From a virus, in IMG/VR virus record IMGVR_UViG_3300013233_000256, positions 1-45,988 of that record: a stretch of 45,988 bases of DNA. The stretch is one strand, 5' to 3'. Below the pieces are notes generated by a model that was given only the letters and a program-made list of their open reading frames with translations, had not been told where the DNA came from and did no database searches. Every line of letters starts with the position of its first letter. The first letter of the stretch is position 1. Of this stretch, positions 21,226 to 29,851 are shown one piece after another. The translations under genes and the position numbers were made by a program.

Positions 21226-21268
21226 CATGTGCGGATGTCGGCAGGTTTGGCCACCTGCCGAGCACATG
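21226..21268 (+). other. Composite hairpin after terL
   Basis: catgtgc ... cggcaggt-ttggcc-acctgccg-a-gcacatg gives 8-bp and 7-bp helices with an internal loop. There is no U-tract. Confidence 0.5.
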
Positions 21269-21312
21269 ACTAGATTTATCGCACACGGGCAAACCACTTT
21301 CGAGGTTTTGCC

Positions 21313-21639
21313 ATGGATTTACTCAGCACGTTCGACTTATCTTCAATACTCATAGCCGGTGTTTTCGGTGGTTTTTTCGGTCAACAGGCTAAGCGAGCGT
21401 TCGGTGGGTTTAAGAGCCTGTTTCGCCCATTTTCAATCAACCCAAAAGGCAACCCCATATCACGCGGTGAAGTTCCTATTCCGCCTGCAGCTCTTCCACC
21501 TGCTGCTCAGTTGCCAGTGTCACCGTTTCAAACTACACAAGGTAGGCGTGGCCGACGACGGCGTGGCAATGGCACAATTCTTACTGGACCACGCGGTCTG
21601 CAATCCGATACAGCCGGCAACACATTTTTAGGAGCGTGA
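21313..21639 (+). CDS. Hypothetical protein, 108 aa (N-terminal TMD, Pro-rich middle, Arg-rich GRRGRRRRG)
   Basis: The ORF has a GAGG SD. Confidence 0.6.
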   Translation: MDLLSTFDLSSILIAGVFGGFFGQQAKRAFGGFKSLFRPFSINPKGNPISRGEVPIPPAALPPAAQLPVSPFQTTQGRRGRRRRGNGTILTGPRGLQSDTAGNTFLGA

Positions 21640-21640
21640 T

Positions 21641-21970
21641 ATGAGTGGAAGTGATGCAAATCAAGGCATAGTCCAGGCGTTCGCTGAGCCTGAGACTGGC
21701 CAGACAGTAGTAGTAACGACACTTGCAGCGGCTTCAGCGAAGACAGTGGCGCCGTTGGCAAAATCAGGGTGGTATCAGGTAACTGTACCGGTTGGCGCAG
21801 CAGCATGTCGCTATGCAGCAGGGCTACATGCAACAGCAACTGCGGCACCAACAGATCGACCGCGCCCTGAAGGTATTGATTACACGTTCCTGAAAGCCGG
21901 TGACACTTTGGCTGTTTATGACCCGGGTGCGGGTGGTCTGGTGATCTCGTTAACACTGATGCCTGACTAA
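21641..21970 (+). CDS. Hypothetical protein, 109 aa
   Basis: The ORF is packed tightly between its neighbours. Confidence 0.6.
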   Translation: MSGSDANQGIVQAFAEPETGQTVVVTTLAAASAKTVAPLAKSGWYQVTVPVGAAACRYAAGLHATATAAPTDRPRPEGIDYTFLKAGDTLAVYDPGAGGLVISLTLMPD

Positions 21971-23634
21971 TGGCATCCATCAAGTCATACAACAAACGAT
22001 TGGCGAACCTGCGAACAGAGCGGTCGTCTTTCGTCGCGGTATGGAAAGACCTGAGCGATTATCATCTTGCGCACCGTGGGCGGTTTCTCACATCTGACCG
22101 CAACAAAGGGTATAAGCGCGACACAAAACAACAGAACAACCGATCCCGATTAGCATTGCGCACGCTGGCGTCCGGGATGATGGCTGGCATCACTTCGCCG
22201 GCGCGCCCATGGTTCAGATTAAGCACGTCTGACTTGGAGCTAAGAGACAACCAGGCTGTGAAAGAATGGCTGCATGAGGTGCAGACAATCATTTACGGAG
22301 TGTTCAGTAAGTCGAACGTGTATAACACACTGCACACTGTTTACGCGGAGCTTGGTTGTTTCGGTACAGCATGCATGGGTGTGTTTGAAGACTTTGACGA
22401 CGTGATCCGGGCTAAAGTATACACGGTCGGAAGCTACATGCTGGCCACTAACGGCAAGGATGAAGTCGATACGTTTTACCGGGAATACGAACTGCGTGTA
22501 GCTCAGCTGGTGTCGGAATTCGGGATTGAGAATGTAAGCCAGCCGGTAAGACAGCAGTTTGAATCAGGTAACACAGAGGCATGGGTGAAGCTGGTTCATG
22601 TTGTTGAGTTGAATGATAAGCGTGATCATAGCAGCCCAATGGCCAGAGATAAGAAGTTCAGATCAGTCTACTATGAAAAAGGTACGCAAACTGAAACAAA
22701 CGATCGGTTTCTGCTACGTTCCGGTTTTGATAACTTCCCGATCCTGTCACCCCGTTGGGATGTCACCGGTGAAGACGTGTATGCGACTGATTGCCCCGGC
22801 ATGACCGCCATCGGTGACACCAAGGCACTGCAGCTTGGTGAGCGTAGATCATTTCAGGCCATTGACAAGTTGGTGAACCCGCCGTTGCAAGGTCCATCAG
22901 CTCTGCGTAATAAAGTCGGCAACTCGCTGCGCAATGGGGAAATAGTCTGGCTGGACGCAACAGGTCAGGGATTGGAGAGCATTTACGACTTTCGCCCGGA
23001 TTTGAATGCAATGGAAGTGAAGATTGAGAAAGCAGAGCAACGGATTTCTCGTGCGTTTTATGAAGACTTGTTTCTCATGTTGGCCAATAGCGACCGGCGA
23101 CAGATTACAGCTCGTGAGGTTGCAGAGAAGCATGAGGAGAAGCTGTTAATGCTTGGCCCAGTGCTCGAACGATTACAAGACGAGCTGTTGAACCCGCTCA
23201 TTGATAGAACGTTCAATTTGCTGAACCAGGGTGGGGTGTTTCCGCCGCCACCTGATGAATTGGTCGGACAAGAGTTGAAGGTTGAGTATGTGTCCGTATT
23301 GGCTCAGGCGCAGCAGCTGGTGAGCATTGGTGGTATTGAACGGGTGACCGGCTTTGTTGAGACACTTGCACAAGTTTGGCCTGAAGCACGTCACAAGATC
23401 AATCCGTTTGAGGCTGTTGATTCTTACACCAACGCAGTCGGTACACCTCCTGAGATTGTACGCAGTGATGACGAAGCGGCACAGATTGTGCAGCAGGAGC
23501 AGCAGGCTGCAGCAGAAGCAGCTAAACAAGAGCAGATGGCACAAGAAGCGCAAACAATGCAGCAGTTGTCACAGACAAACGTGAACGGTGACACCGCGTT
23601 GAATAATATGGTTCGTGAGGCTGGATTAGCATGA
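21970..23634 (+). CDS. Portal (head-tail connector) protein, T7 gp8-like family
   Basis: The N-terminal pattern RTERSSFVAVWKDLSDYHLAHRGRF...RLALRTLASGMMAGITSPARPWFRL matches the podovirus connector family as I recall it. Size and position after the terminase also fit. Confidence 0.82.
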   Translation: MASIKSYNKRLANLRTERSSFVAVWKDLSDYHLAHRGRFLTSDRNKGYKRDTKQQNNRSRLALRTLASGMMAGITSPARPWFRLSTSDLELRDNQAVKEWLHEVQTIIYGVFSKSNVYNTLHTVYAELGCFGTACMGVFEDFDDVIRAKVYTVGSYMLATNGKDEVDTFYREYELRVAQLVSEFGIENVSQPVRQQFESGNTEAWVKLVHVVELNDKRDHSSPMARDKKFRSVYYEKGTQTETNDRFLLRSGFDNFPILSPRWDVTGEDVYATDCPGMTAIGDTKALQLGERRSFQAIDKLVNPPLQGPSALRNKVGNSLRNGEIVWLDATGQGLESIYDFRPDLNAMEVKIEKAEQRISRAFYEDLFLMLANSDRRQITAREVAEKHEEKLLMLGPVLERLQDELLNPLIDRTFNLLNQGGVFPPPPDELVGQELKVEYVSVLAQAQQLVSIGGIERVTGFVETLAQVWPEARHKINPFEAVDSYTNAVGTPPEIVRSDDEAAQIVQQEQQAAAEAAKQEQMAQEAQTMQQLSQTNVNGDTALNNMVREAGLA

Positions 23635-23882
23635 GTGAGAGAGAAGCACGCGAAATTGAGCTTGCAGAATTGGCATCACTTTTGACTACAGCAGAAGGTC
23701 GGCGAGTGATGCTCAGATTGATCAAGGTTACCGGGTTTTTTGCTAACACGTTCAATCAAGACCCAATTACGCTGGCACGTAATACCGGTGGGCGACAGGT
23801 TGGGGTATGGCTTTGGGACGAGTTGAACGAAGCTGCACCTGAGCGAGTAATAGAAATGATGAAGGAGAACGCACATGAGTGA
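23631..23882 (+). CDS. Hypothetical protein, 83 aa
   Basis: The ORF has an ATGA overlap with the portal gene. Confidence 0.6.
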   Translation: MSEREAREIELAELASLLTTAEGRRVMLRLIKVTGFFANTFNQDPITLARNTGGRQVGVWLWDELNEAAPERVIEMMKENAHE

Positions 23883-24489
23883 CGAGCACATACCAGCTGA
23901 AGGTGAGGGCGATTCATTATTGACCCAGACACCGCCAGCTGAAGGAACACCACCAGCTGAAGGAACACCACCAGCTGAAGGAACACCACCAGCTGAAGGA
24001 ACACCACCAGCTGAAGGAACACCACCAGCTGAAGGAGAAAAAGGTTATGTGTTGCCAGAAGGCGTTGAGCTTTCTGAGGCAGAGACGGCTGCAGTTGAAG
24101 GTCTGTTTACAGACGCTGAACTCAGTGCTGATCAGCAGCAGAAGGTCATCGACTTCCTAGCTACACAGGGTGAGTCAGGCGCACAGCAACAAGCTGACGC
24201 GTATGATCACATGATGCAGGACTGGAGAGACCAGACCACCAATGACCCTGAATTCGGGGGTGATGCTTTTGAGCAGAACCTGGGGATTGCAACAGGCGCC
24301 ATTGATAAGCTGGGAACCCCAGAGTTAAAGGCTTTATTGAACGATCACGGGGTGGGTAACCATCCTGAAATGTTCCGGTTCATGTGGAACGTTGGGAAAT
24401 TGCTAAAGGAAGATAACCCCGGCGCCGGTGGGCACCAGAGTATCAAACCCGCAAGTGATCTCGACATTCTTTACCCGGATGAAAAATAG
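23875..24489 (+). CDS. Scaffolding protein candidate with (TPPAEG)x6 repeat
   Basis: It lies directly upstream of the major capsid gene. The protein is acidic and helical. Confidence 0.6.
   Translation: MSDEHIPAEGEGDSLLTQTPPAEGTPPAEGTPPAEGTPPAEGTPPAEGTPPAEGEKGYVLPEGVELSEAETAAVEGLFTDAELSADQQQKVIDFLATQGESGAQQQADAYDHMMQDWRDQTTNDPEFGGDAFEQNLGIATGAIDKLGTPELKALLNDHGVGNHPEMFRFMWNVGKLLKEDNPGAGGHQSIKPASDLDILYPDEK
23929..24036. repeat. 18-bp tandem repeat x6 (acaccaccagctgaagga)
   Basis: Counted directly. Copy 1 has one silent difference (ccg). A degenerate copy lies upstream at 23891-23908. Confidence 0.95.
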
Positions 24490-24499
24490 GAGGTAGCAA

Positions 24500-25513
24500 A
24501 TGGCTACTATTGGTAACACATTTGTCGATCTGATCGACATTTATAAACAGCAGGATGGTAAGGGTCAGTATATCCCTATCATCGAAATGCTGACGCAGAT
24601 GAACCCTATTCTCGACGACGCGAATGCAGTCGAGTGTAACAAGGGTACTGAACACCTGCATACTGTGCGCACCGGGCTTCCGTCCGTCGCGTGGGGCAGG
24701 TTGTATAAGGGTATTGTCCAGAGCAAGTCTGGCAAGGCTCAGGTGACTGATACGACTGGTTTCGTTGAAGGTCTGTCTACTGTTGACGAACGTTTGCTGG
24801 ATTTGTCCAGTAATCGTGGCGCGGTACGTCTGGCAGAAGGCATGGGTTATCTCGAAGCGATGAACAATGAAGTCGCAACGAAGATATTCTATGGCAACAC
24901 CGCCGCTGATCCGGATCAGTTCATGGGTCTGGCCCCTCGGTTCAATGTTGCACCTACCAACGCAACACCGGCTCCGAACAGTAATCAGGTGATCGATGCT
25001 GGTGGCATTGGTGTCGATAATGCTTCGATCTGGTTTGTTACCTGGGGTGACAATCAGACTTCTTTGCTGTATCCAAAGGGTACGAAAGCGGGTGTATCCC
25101 GTGAAGACATGGGTCGTCAGCGTGTGCTTGATGCAGCTGGCAACCCGTATTATGCCGAAGAAGAGAAGTACATGTGGCATGTTGGCCTTGCTGTCAAGGA
25201 TTGGCGCTATGTAACTCGTATCTGTAACATTGATGTGAGTAACATGCAGGCCGGTACCGTGAAGCTGTATGACTTCCTTCGCAAAGCGTATTACAAACTG
25301 CAGAACCGCCGCGTTGCCGGTGGTAAACTGGCGATGTATTGTAACCGCGATGTGCTGGAAGCGTTGGATGCCCTGGCCACTAACGCAGGCTCTACCGATA
25401 ACTTTGTTCGCTTACAGCGTACAGAGGTTGAAGGCAAAGAAGTCCTGAGCTATCGTGGCATCCCAATCCGCGAGACAGATGCTCTCGTGAATACTGAAGC
25501 ACGGGTGGTGTAA
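24500..25513 (+). CDS. Major capsid protein
   Basis: A strong SD (AGGAGG) precedes it. It is 337 aa and follows the scaffold gene. The pattern NKGTEHLHTVRTGLPSVAWGRLYKGI.SKS is typical of one podovirus HK97-fold capsid family as I recall it. Confidence 0.82.
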   Translation: MATIGNTFVDLIDIYKQQDGKGQYIPIIEMLTQMNPILDDANAVECNKGTEHLHTVRTGLPSVAWGRLYKGIVQSKSGKAQVTDTTGFVEGLSTVDERLLDLSSNRGAVRLAEGMGYLEAMNNEVATKIFYGNTAADPDQFMGLAPRFNVAPTNATPAPNSNQVIDAGGIGVDNASIWFVTWGDNQTSLLYPKGTKAGVSREDMGRQRVLDAAGNPYYAEEEKYMWHVGLAVKDWRYVTRICNIDVSNMQAGTVKLYDFLRKAYYKLQNRRVAGGKLAMYCNRDVLEALDALATNAGSTDNFVRLQRTEVEGKEVLSYRGIPIRETDALVNTEARVV

Positions 25514-25515
25514 CC

Positions 25516-25956
25516 ATGATATTCTCAGAACAGCAAATCTTCTCTGATAAACAGGCGGTCACTGCAGCTGCAGTTTCCACCAACGTAATTGATCTCGGTG
25601 CAGCTGGTACCCCTTACGGGGCTGCTGCTGCATTGAATCATGATGTCGGTAAAGGCACGAAGGTGCCTGTTTTGGCTCAGGTGACAACTGCGTTTGGTAC
25701 AGCTGCAGGTATGACAGCACTGACTATCGCACTTGAAACCGGTGCCACTGTTGCACTTGGTACTGTGGTTCTTTCACAAACCATATTGCTTGCCGATCTG
25801 GTCGCTGGTAAACAGGTATCGTTTGATGTCCTGCCCAATGATCTGACAGGACGGTATCTGGGGTTCCGCTATACCCCGGTAACAGGTAACGCCAACGCAG
25901 GTGCCATCACTGCCGGTATTACCATGGGTAACCAGACGAACACGACTGGTGCATAA
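25516..25956 (+). CDS. Capsid decoration/cement protein candidate, 146 aa
   Basis: It is an Ala/Gly/Thr-rich beta-type sequence immediately after the capsid gene and before a hairpin. Confidence 0.5.
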   Translation: MIFSEQQIFSDKQAVTAAAVSTNVIDLGAAGTPYGAAAALNHDVGKGTKVPVLAQVTTAFGTAAGMTALTIALETGATVALGTVVLSQTILLADLVAGKQVSFDVLPNDLTGRYLGFRYTPVTGNANAGAITAGITMGNQTNTTGA

Positions 25957-25962
25957 TTGAGG

Positions 25963-25982
25963 TGGGGGCTTCGCGGCCCCCA
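25963..25982 (+). terminator. GC-rich stem-loop after the capsid module (attenuator/terminator candidate)
   Basis: The sequence is tgggggc-ttcgcg-gccccca. The downstream U-tract is poor (caucuu). Confidence 0.45.
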
Positions 25983-26008
25983 TCATCTTACAGTTTAGGA
26001 GGCCACAC

Positions 26009-26302
26009 ATGGCTATATATGACGTAATCGCGCCGGGATTTATCAACGATGTCTATCACCACCCTGATGACCCGGATCACAACACAGTGAGTGTTGAAAA
26101 GAAGTTTAAGAAATGCCCGACCTGGTTGAAGATGAGGAAGATCGTCGAAGATGCCATGGATGACGTGGATGACTCTACGGAGCTTACCCCTCAACAGAAG
26201 GCGGCGATCACTCGCAAACAGAACGCCGAGAAGAAAAAGATGGAACTCGACGCAGTAAATTTCCAGGAAGACCCGACACTGACCGGACCAACGGAGTTGT
26301 GA
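26009..26302 (+). CDS. Hypothetical protein, 97 aa
   Basis: An AGGAGG SD precedes it. Confidence 0.6.
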   Translation: MAIYDVIAPGFINDVYHHPDDPDHNTVSVEKKFKKCPTWLKMRKIVEDAMDDVDDSTELTPQQKAAITRKQNAEKKKMELDAVNFQEDPTLTGPTEL

Positions 26303-26303
26303 T

Positions 26304-26621
26304 ATGTCAAAGATGGTGAAGATTGAAAAAACCAAACCTGACTCAATGGCTCCGTCTACCATGCCTGGCGACTACCCGTACGGGACACGACTTGAGTTTG
26401 AAGGCGACATTGTCGAAGAGCTGGAATTGGACAAGCTGTCGGCAGGTGACACTGTTTCGATCAAAGGCACTGCCGTCGTAAAACGGAAGACTGAAAAACA
26501 GGATACTGACGGTGACGAAGAGGACGTTGAAAAAGAAGTCGTACTTCAGGTTACCGCAATCGCCGTCGCCAAAAACAGCAAAGCGGTTGAGACATTATAT
26601 CCTGATGACAAGGAAGACTGA
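26304..26621 (+). CDS. Hypothetical acidic protein, 105 aa
   Basis: The ORF is tightly packed within the structural operon. Confidence 0.6.
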   Translation: MSKMVKIEKTKPDSMAPSTMPGDYPYGTRLEFEGDIVEELELDKLSAGDTVSIKGTAVVKRKTEKQDTDGDEEDVEKEVVLQVTAIAVAKNSKAVETLYPDDKED

Positions 26622-27268
26622 TGTCTGAGGTCAGTATATGCAATGTTGCACTGTCTTATATCCGAGCCGGTGGCATAAACGCGCTCACTGAATCAAGCAC
26701 ACAGGCTCAACAGTGTACATTACACTACCCGTTGACGCGTGATCAAGCGCTGGTTGCAGCCCCGTGGGGGTTTGCGCATCGGATAAAGACACTGGCGTTA
26801 CGTGCTGACACTTTGTTCAATTGGGCTTATTTGTATGAATATCCTTCCGATTGCATGCACGTTAACAAGTTGATTCTTAATTTTGCAACAGTGACGCAGG
26901 GAACCGGCGCATACAGACCACGGTCAATTGAAGACATTTATGCCAGTGACCTTGATCGAGAGGTTCCGTATCAGGTGTACAATGTAAACGGTAGTAAGGT
27001 GATTGCTGCAAATCACCCTGACTTGCGGATTGATTATCAGTTGAATATTACTGATACGACTCTTTTCGATGTTGACACTTCTGAAGCGATTAGTCGACTA
27101 CTGGCGTCGAAATTGGCCGTACCTCTTGTCGGAGGTAAGCTCGGGTCGGAGTATGAAGATAAACAGTTCAAAAGATATAGTCAGATTGTCGCAGGTGCGA
27201 TAGCGAATAACATGAACGAACGATTCATTGAACAACCTGACAGCGAGTTCATCACGGTGCGCCGGTGA
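26621..27268 (+). CDS. Tail tubular protein A / head-tail adaptor-like
   Basis: The N-terminus ICNVALSYIRAGGINALTESS.QAQQC...AAPWGFA matches the gp11-like pattern as I recall it. It lies just before the large tube protein gene. Confidence 0.62.
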   Translation: MSEVSICNVALSYIRAGGINALTESSTQAQQCTLHYPLTRDQALVAAPWGFAHRIKTLALRADTLFNWAYLYEYPSDCMHVNKLILNFATVTQGTGAYRPRSIEDIYASDLDREVPYQVYNVNGSKVIAANHPDLRIDYQLNITDTTLFDVDTSEAISRLLASKLAVPLVGGKLGSEYEDKQFKRYSQIVAGAIANNMNERFIEQPDSEFITVRR

Positions 27269-29358
27269 CACAAACCATCCAGAGGTCGATGACCGCAGGT
27301 GAGATTGCGCCGGCTCTCCGGTCAAGAGCCGATCTTGCTAAATATACAACCGGCCTTGCAGCGTGTGAGAATTTTTTCATACGTGCGCAAGGTGGTGCTT
27401 ATTCCCGACCCGGGCTCAGGTTTGTGGGTGAAATTAACGACTCAACAACGGTAGCGAGGCTGATCCCATTCACGTTTAACGTAGATCAGACTTACATTCT
27501 TGTATTCGAGAACCTTCAGATTCAGTTTATACAGAATGGCGCTTATGTTGAATCAGCACCAGGTGTTCGACTTACAGTTGTGACACCATACATTACATCT
27601 GATTTGTCTCGACTTCAGGTTACTCAGTCGGCAGACGTGATGACTATCGTACATCAGCGGTTTAGAACAAGGTCTTTGAACAGACTCAGCGCACTCAACT
27701 GGACATTAACTGTTGACAATTACGCACCGTCATCGACTGCACCGGGTGCCTTGACACTGTCGTCAGTCGGGACAACCACAGGTGCGTCAAATAAAACGTA
27801 TCAATATGTCGTCACATCTATTGACGCGAATGGTGTCGAATCGCTTGCTTCCCCACAAGCCGCCATAACACAAGCCGCCCTCGGTGTAACATGGGGTGTA
27901 CACATAACATGGGCGGCAGTGCCTGGTGCAGTGAGTTACCGAGTGTATAAAGACCCATCACTAAATACAGGTGTTTATGGGTGGATCGGTGACACTAATG
28001 TAGCGAAGTTTGATGATTATAACATTGCACCGATCACCAGTGATGCGCCGCCGACTGACAACCAGCCGTTCGGTGTAGATTTTTCCGGCGACAACCCTGC
28101 TGTTGTTAATTATTACCAACAGCGTCGTTTGTTTGCGAACACATTCAACAACCCTCAGACAGTTTATGCATCGCAGACTGCGGATTATTTATCTCTCAGG
28201 TCGTCTTCACCGACGCGTGACGACGACGCTATCGAGTTCACGGTGGTAAGTGGCCAGGTTAACGAGATCAGACACATCGTTGACATTGACGGGCTGTTGT
28301 TGTTAACAGCAGGTGCTGCGATGAGAGTTACGGAAGGTGTGAACGAGGTGCTTACACCAGCAAGCGTCGGCGTACGAAAGTCAACAGAACATGGTGCATC
28401 ATGGGTACCTCCCGCAAAGATCGGGTCATCTGCTGTATACATTCAGGAGAAGGGTACGCGAGTTCGTGACATTCAGTTCGATGGAAATCTATTCAAGTAT
28501 GTGAGTGAAGATTTATCAGTGATGTCTGAACACATGTTTGAAAACCACACCATTATTGAAATGGCGTATTCAGAGGAGCCGTACTCGATACTGTGGATGG
28601 TTCGGGATGATGGTCAGTTGCTCGGTCTTACCTACCTTCGCGCGCACAAGGTTTTCGCGTGGCACCGTCACATTACAAACGGGACGTTTGAATCTGTGTC
28701 TGTGATTAGCGAGGATGGGAGAGACGCAGTATATGTGATAGTAAAGAGAACAGTTAACGGGTTGACAAAAAGATATGTTGAAAGGCTTGAATCAAGACTG
28801 TTCACAGATTCTACGAATGCGTTCTGTGTTGATTCTGGCGTCACTTATTCAGGTGCCGCTACAACAGTTATCACCGGGCTATCGCACCTTGAAGGTGAAG
28901 CGGTGACAGTGCTGGCCGATGGTAATGAGGTCACAGGTGTGGTTGTTTCCGGGGGTCAGATCACACTGCCGACAGCTGCGTCATTGGTGCACGTTGGCCT
29001 TTCATATCTCCCCCGACTTGACACTTTAGATGTTGACCTCATTTCAGAGAAGAACACTTTGAAAGGTAAAGAGGTTTCAGTATCCAGGGTGTTCATTGAG
29101 GTTGAGCAGTCACGTGGTGGATGGGTTGGTCCGATTGCTGACCCGGTACTGTCTGGTGATACTACTGAAGCTGACATGATGGAGATCAAACCGCGATTCG
29201 ACGCTGATGCGTATAACACAATTGCCTTGAAAACCTTTAAGCAAGAGATTACTCTGACGCCAGATTGGAACTTAGGTGGCGGTATAAGGATTGAGCAGAG
29301 AGCTCCGCTCCCTTTAACCATCTTGTCAATTATACCAGAAATATCAATAGGAGGCTGA
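27265..29358 (+). CDS. Tail tubular protein B-like, with FN3-like insertion
   Basis: The N-terminus is SMTAGEIAPALRSRADLAKYTTGLAACENFFIRAQGGAYSRPG. An FN3-like segment is present (YQYVVTSIDANGVESLAS ... VSYRVYK). The GTG start overlaps the previous stop; an alternative ATG lies at 27289. Confidence 0.68.
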   Translation: MTQTIQRSMTAGEIAPALRSRADLAKYTTGLAACENFFIRAQGGAYSRPGLRFVGEINDSTTVARLIPFTFNVDQTYILVFENLQIQFIQNGAYVESAPGVRLTVVTPYITSDLSRLQVTQSADVMTIVHQRFRTRSLNRLSALNWTLTVDNYAPSSTAPGALTLSSVGTTTGASNKTYQYVVTSIDANGVESLASPQAAITQAALGVTWGVHITWAAVPGAVSYRVYKDPSLNTGVYGWIGDTNVAKFDDYNIAPITSDAPPTDNQPFGVDFSGDNPAVVNYYQQRRLFANTFNNPQTVYASQTADYLSLRSSSPTRDDDAIEFTVVSGQVNEIRHIVDIDGLLLLTAGAAMRVTEGVNEVLTPASVGVRKSTEHGASWVPPAKIGSSAVYIQEKGTRVRDIQFDGNLFKYVSEDLSVMSEHMFENHTIIEMAYSEEPYSILWMVRDDGQLLGLTYLRAHKVFAWHRHITNGTFESVSVISEDGRDAVYVIVKRTVNGLTKRYVERLESRLFTDSTNAFCVDSGVTYSGAATTVITGLSHLEGEAVTVLADGNEVTGVVVSGGQITLPTAASLVHVGLSYLPRLDTLDVDLISEKNTLKGKEVSVSRVFIEVEQSRGGWVGPIADPVLSGDTTEADMMEIKPRFDADAYNTIALKTFKQEITLTPDWNLGGGIRIEQRAPLPLTILSIIPEISIGG

Positions 29359-29359
29359 C

Positions 29360-29848
29360 GTGGGTGGATTCTTAACAGCAGCTTCACTTGGGCTTGGGTT
29401 AGTCTCGTCATTCCTTGGCGGGTCTGCTAAAAAAGAGCAGGGCATTTACAATCAGTATATTGCAAACTTCAACGCGCGTGTGCTGGAAAACGACGCAGTT
29501 CGGGCAAGGCAGGCCGGCAACCAGAGGGAAAATGATGTTCGCCGCGCCGGTGCAGAGCTGAAGTCTCGACAGAAAGCTACGTTCGGGGCGAAAGGCGTCG
29601 AAGTCACTTCCGGGTCGGCTGCTGCTATCCAACGCGATACCACGAATCTCACCAACATTGACGCCATGCGCATTCGCACGTCTGTTGACTCCCAAGTACA
29701 GTCGTTGAAAAATAAAGCGAAAATCACACGATCAGAGGGGGCTGCATCGGCTCGCGCAGGTCGTTCTGCGTTCACGTCATCCCTGTTATCTGGTGGGGCT
29801 CAATTCGCATCAGGTCTTTACACCAACCGCTCGGCGTTCGGTTTCTAA
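29360..29848 (+). CDS. Internal virion protein candidate, 162 aa (N-terminal TMD)
   Basis: It has a GTG start 5 nt after an AGGAGG. It sits between the tube genes and the ejection-protein genes. Confidence 0.55.
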   Translation: MGGFLTAASLGLGLVSSFLGGSAKKEQGIYNQYIANFNARVLENDAVRARQAGNQRENDVRRAGAELKSRQKATFGAKGVEVTSGSAAAIQRDTTNLTNIDAMRIRTSVDSQVQSLKNKAKITRSEGAASARAGRSAFTSSLLSGGAQFASGLYTNRSAFGF

Positions 29849-29851
29849 CCG

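Noticed and set aside
23929-24036. CRISPR-like array
   Set aside because: The repeats are contiguous with no spacers, in frame, and lie inside a coding sequence. The same applies to the hexamer microsatellites and the control-region repeats.
24443-25180. 245-aa minus-strand ORF
   Set aside because: It is entirely antisense to the major capsid gene, with no SD and no motif. The same reasoning applies to other long antisense ORFs such as 21528-21995, 23173-23553, 34255-34818, 38473-39084 and 42648-43073.
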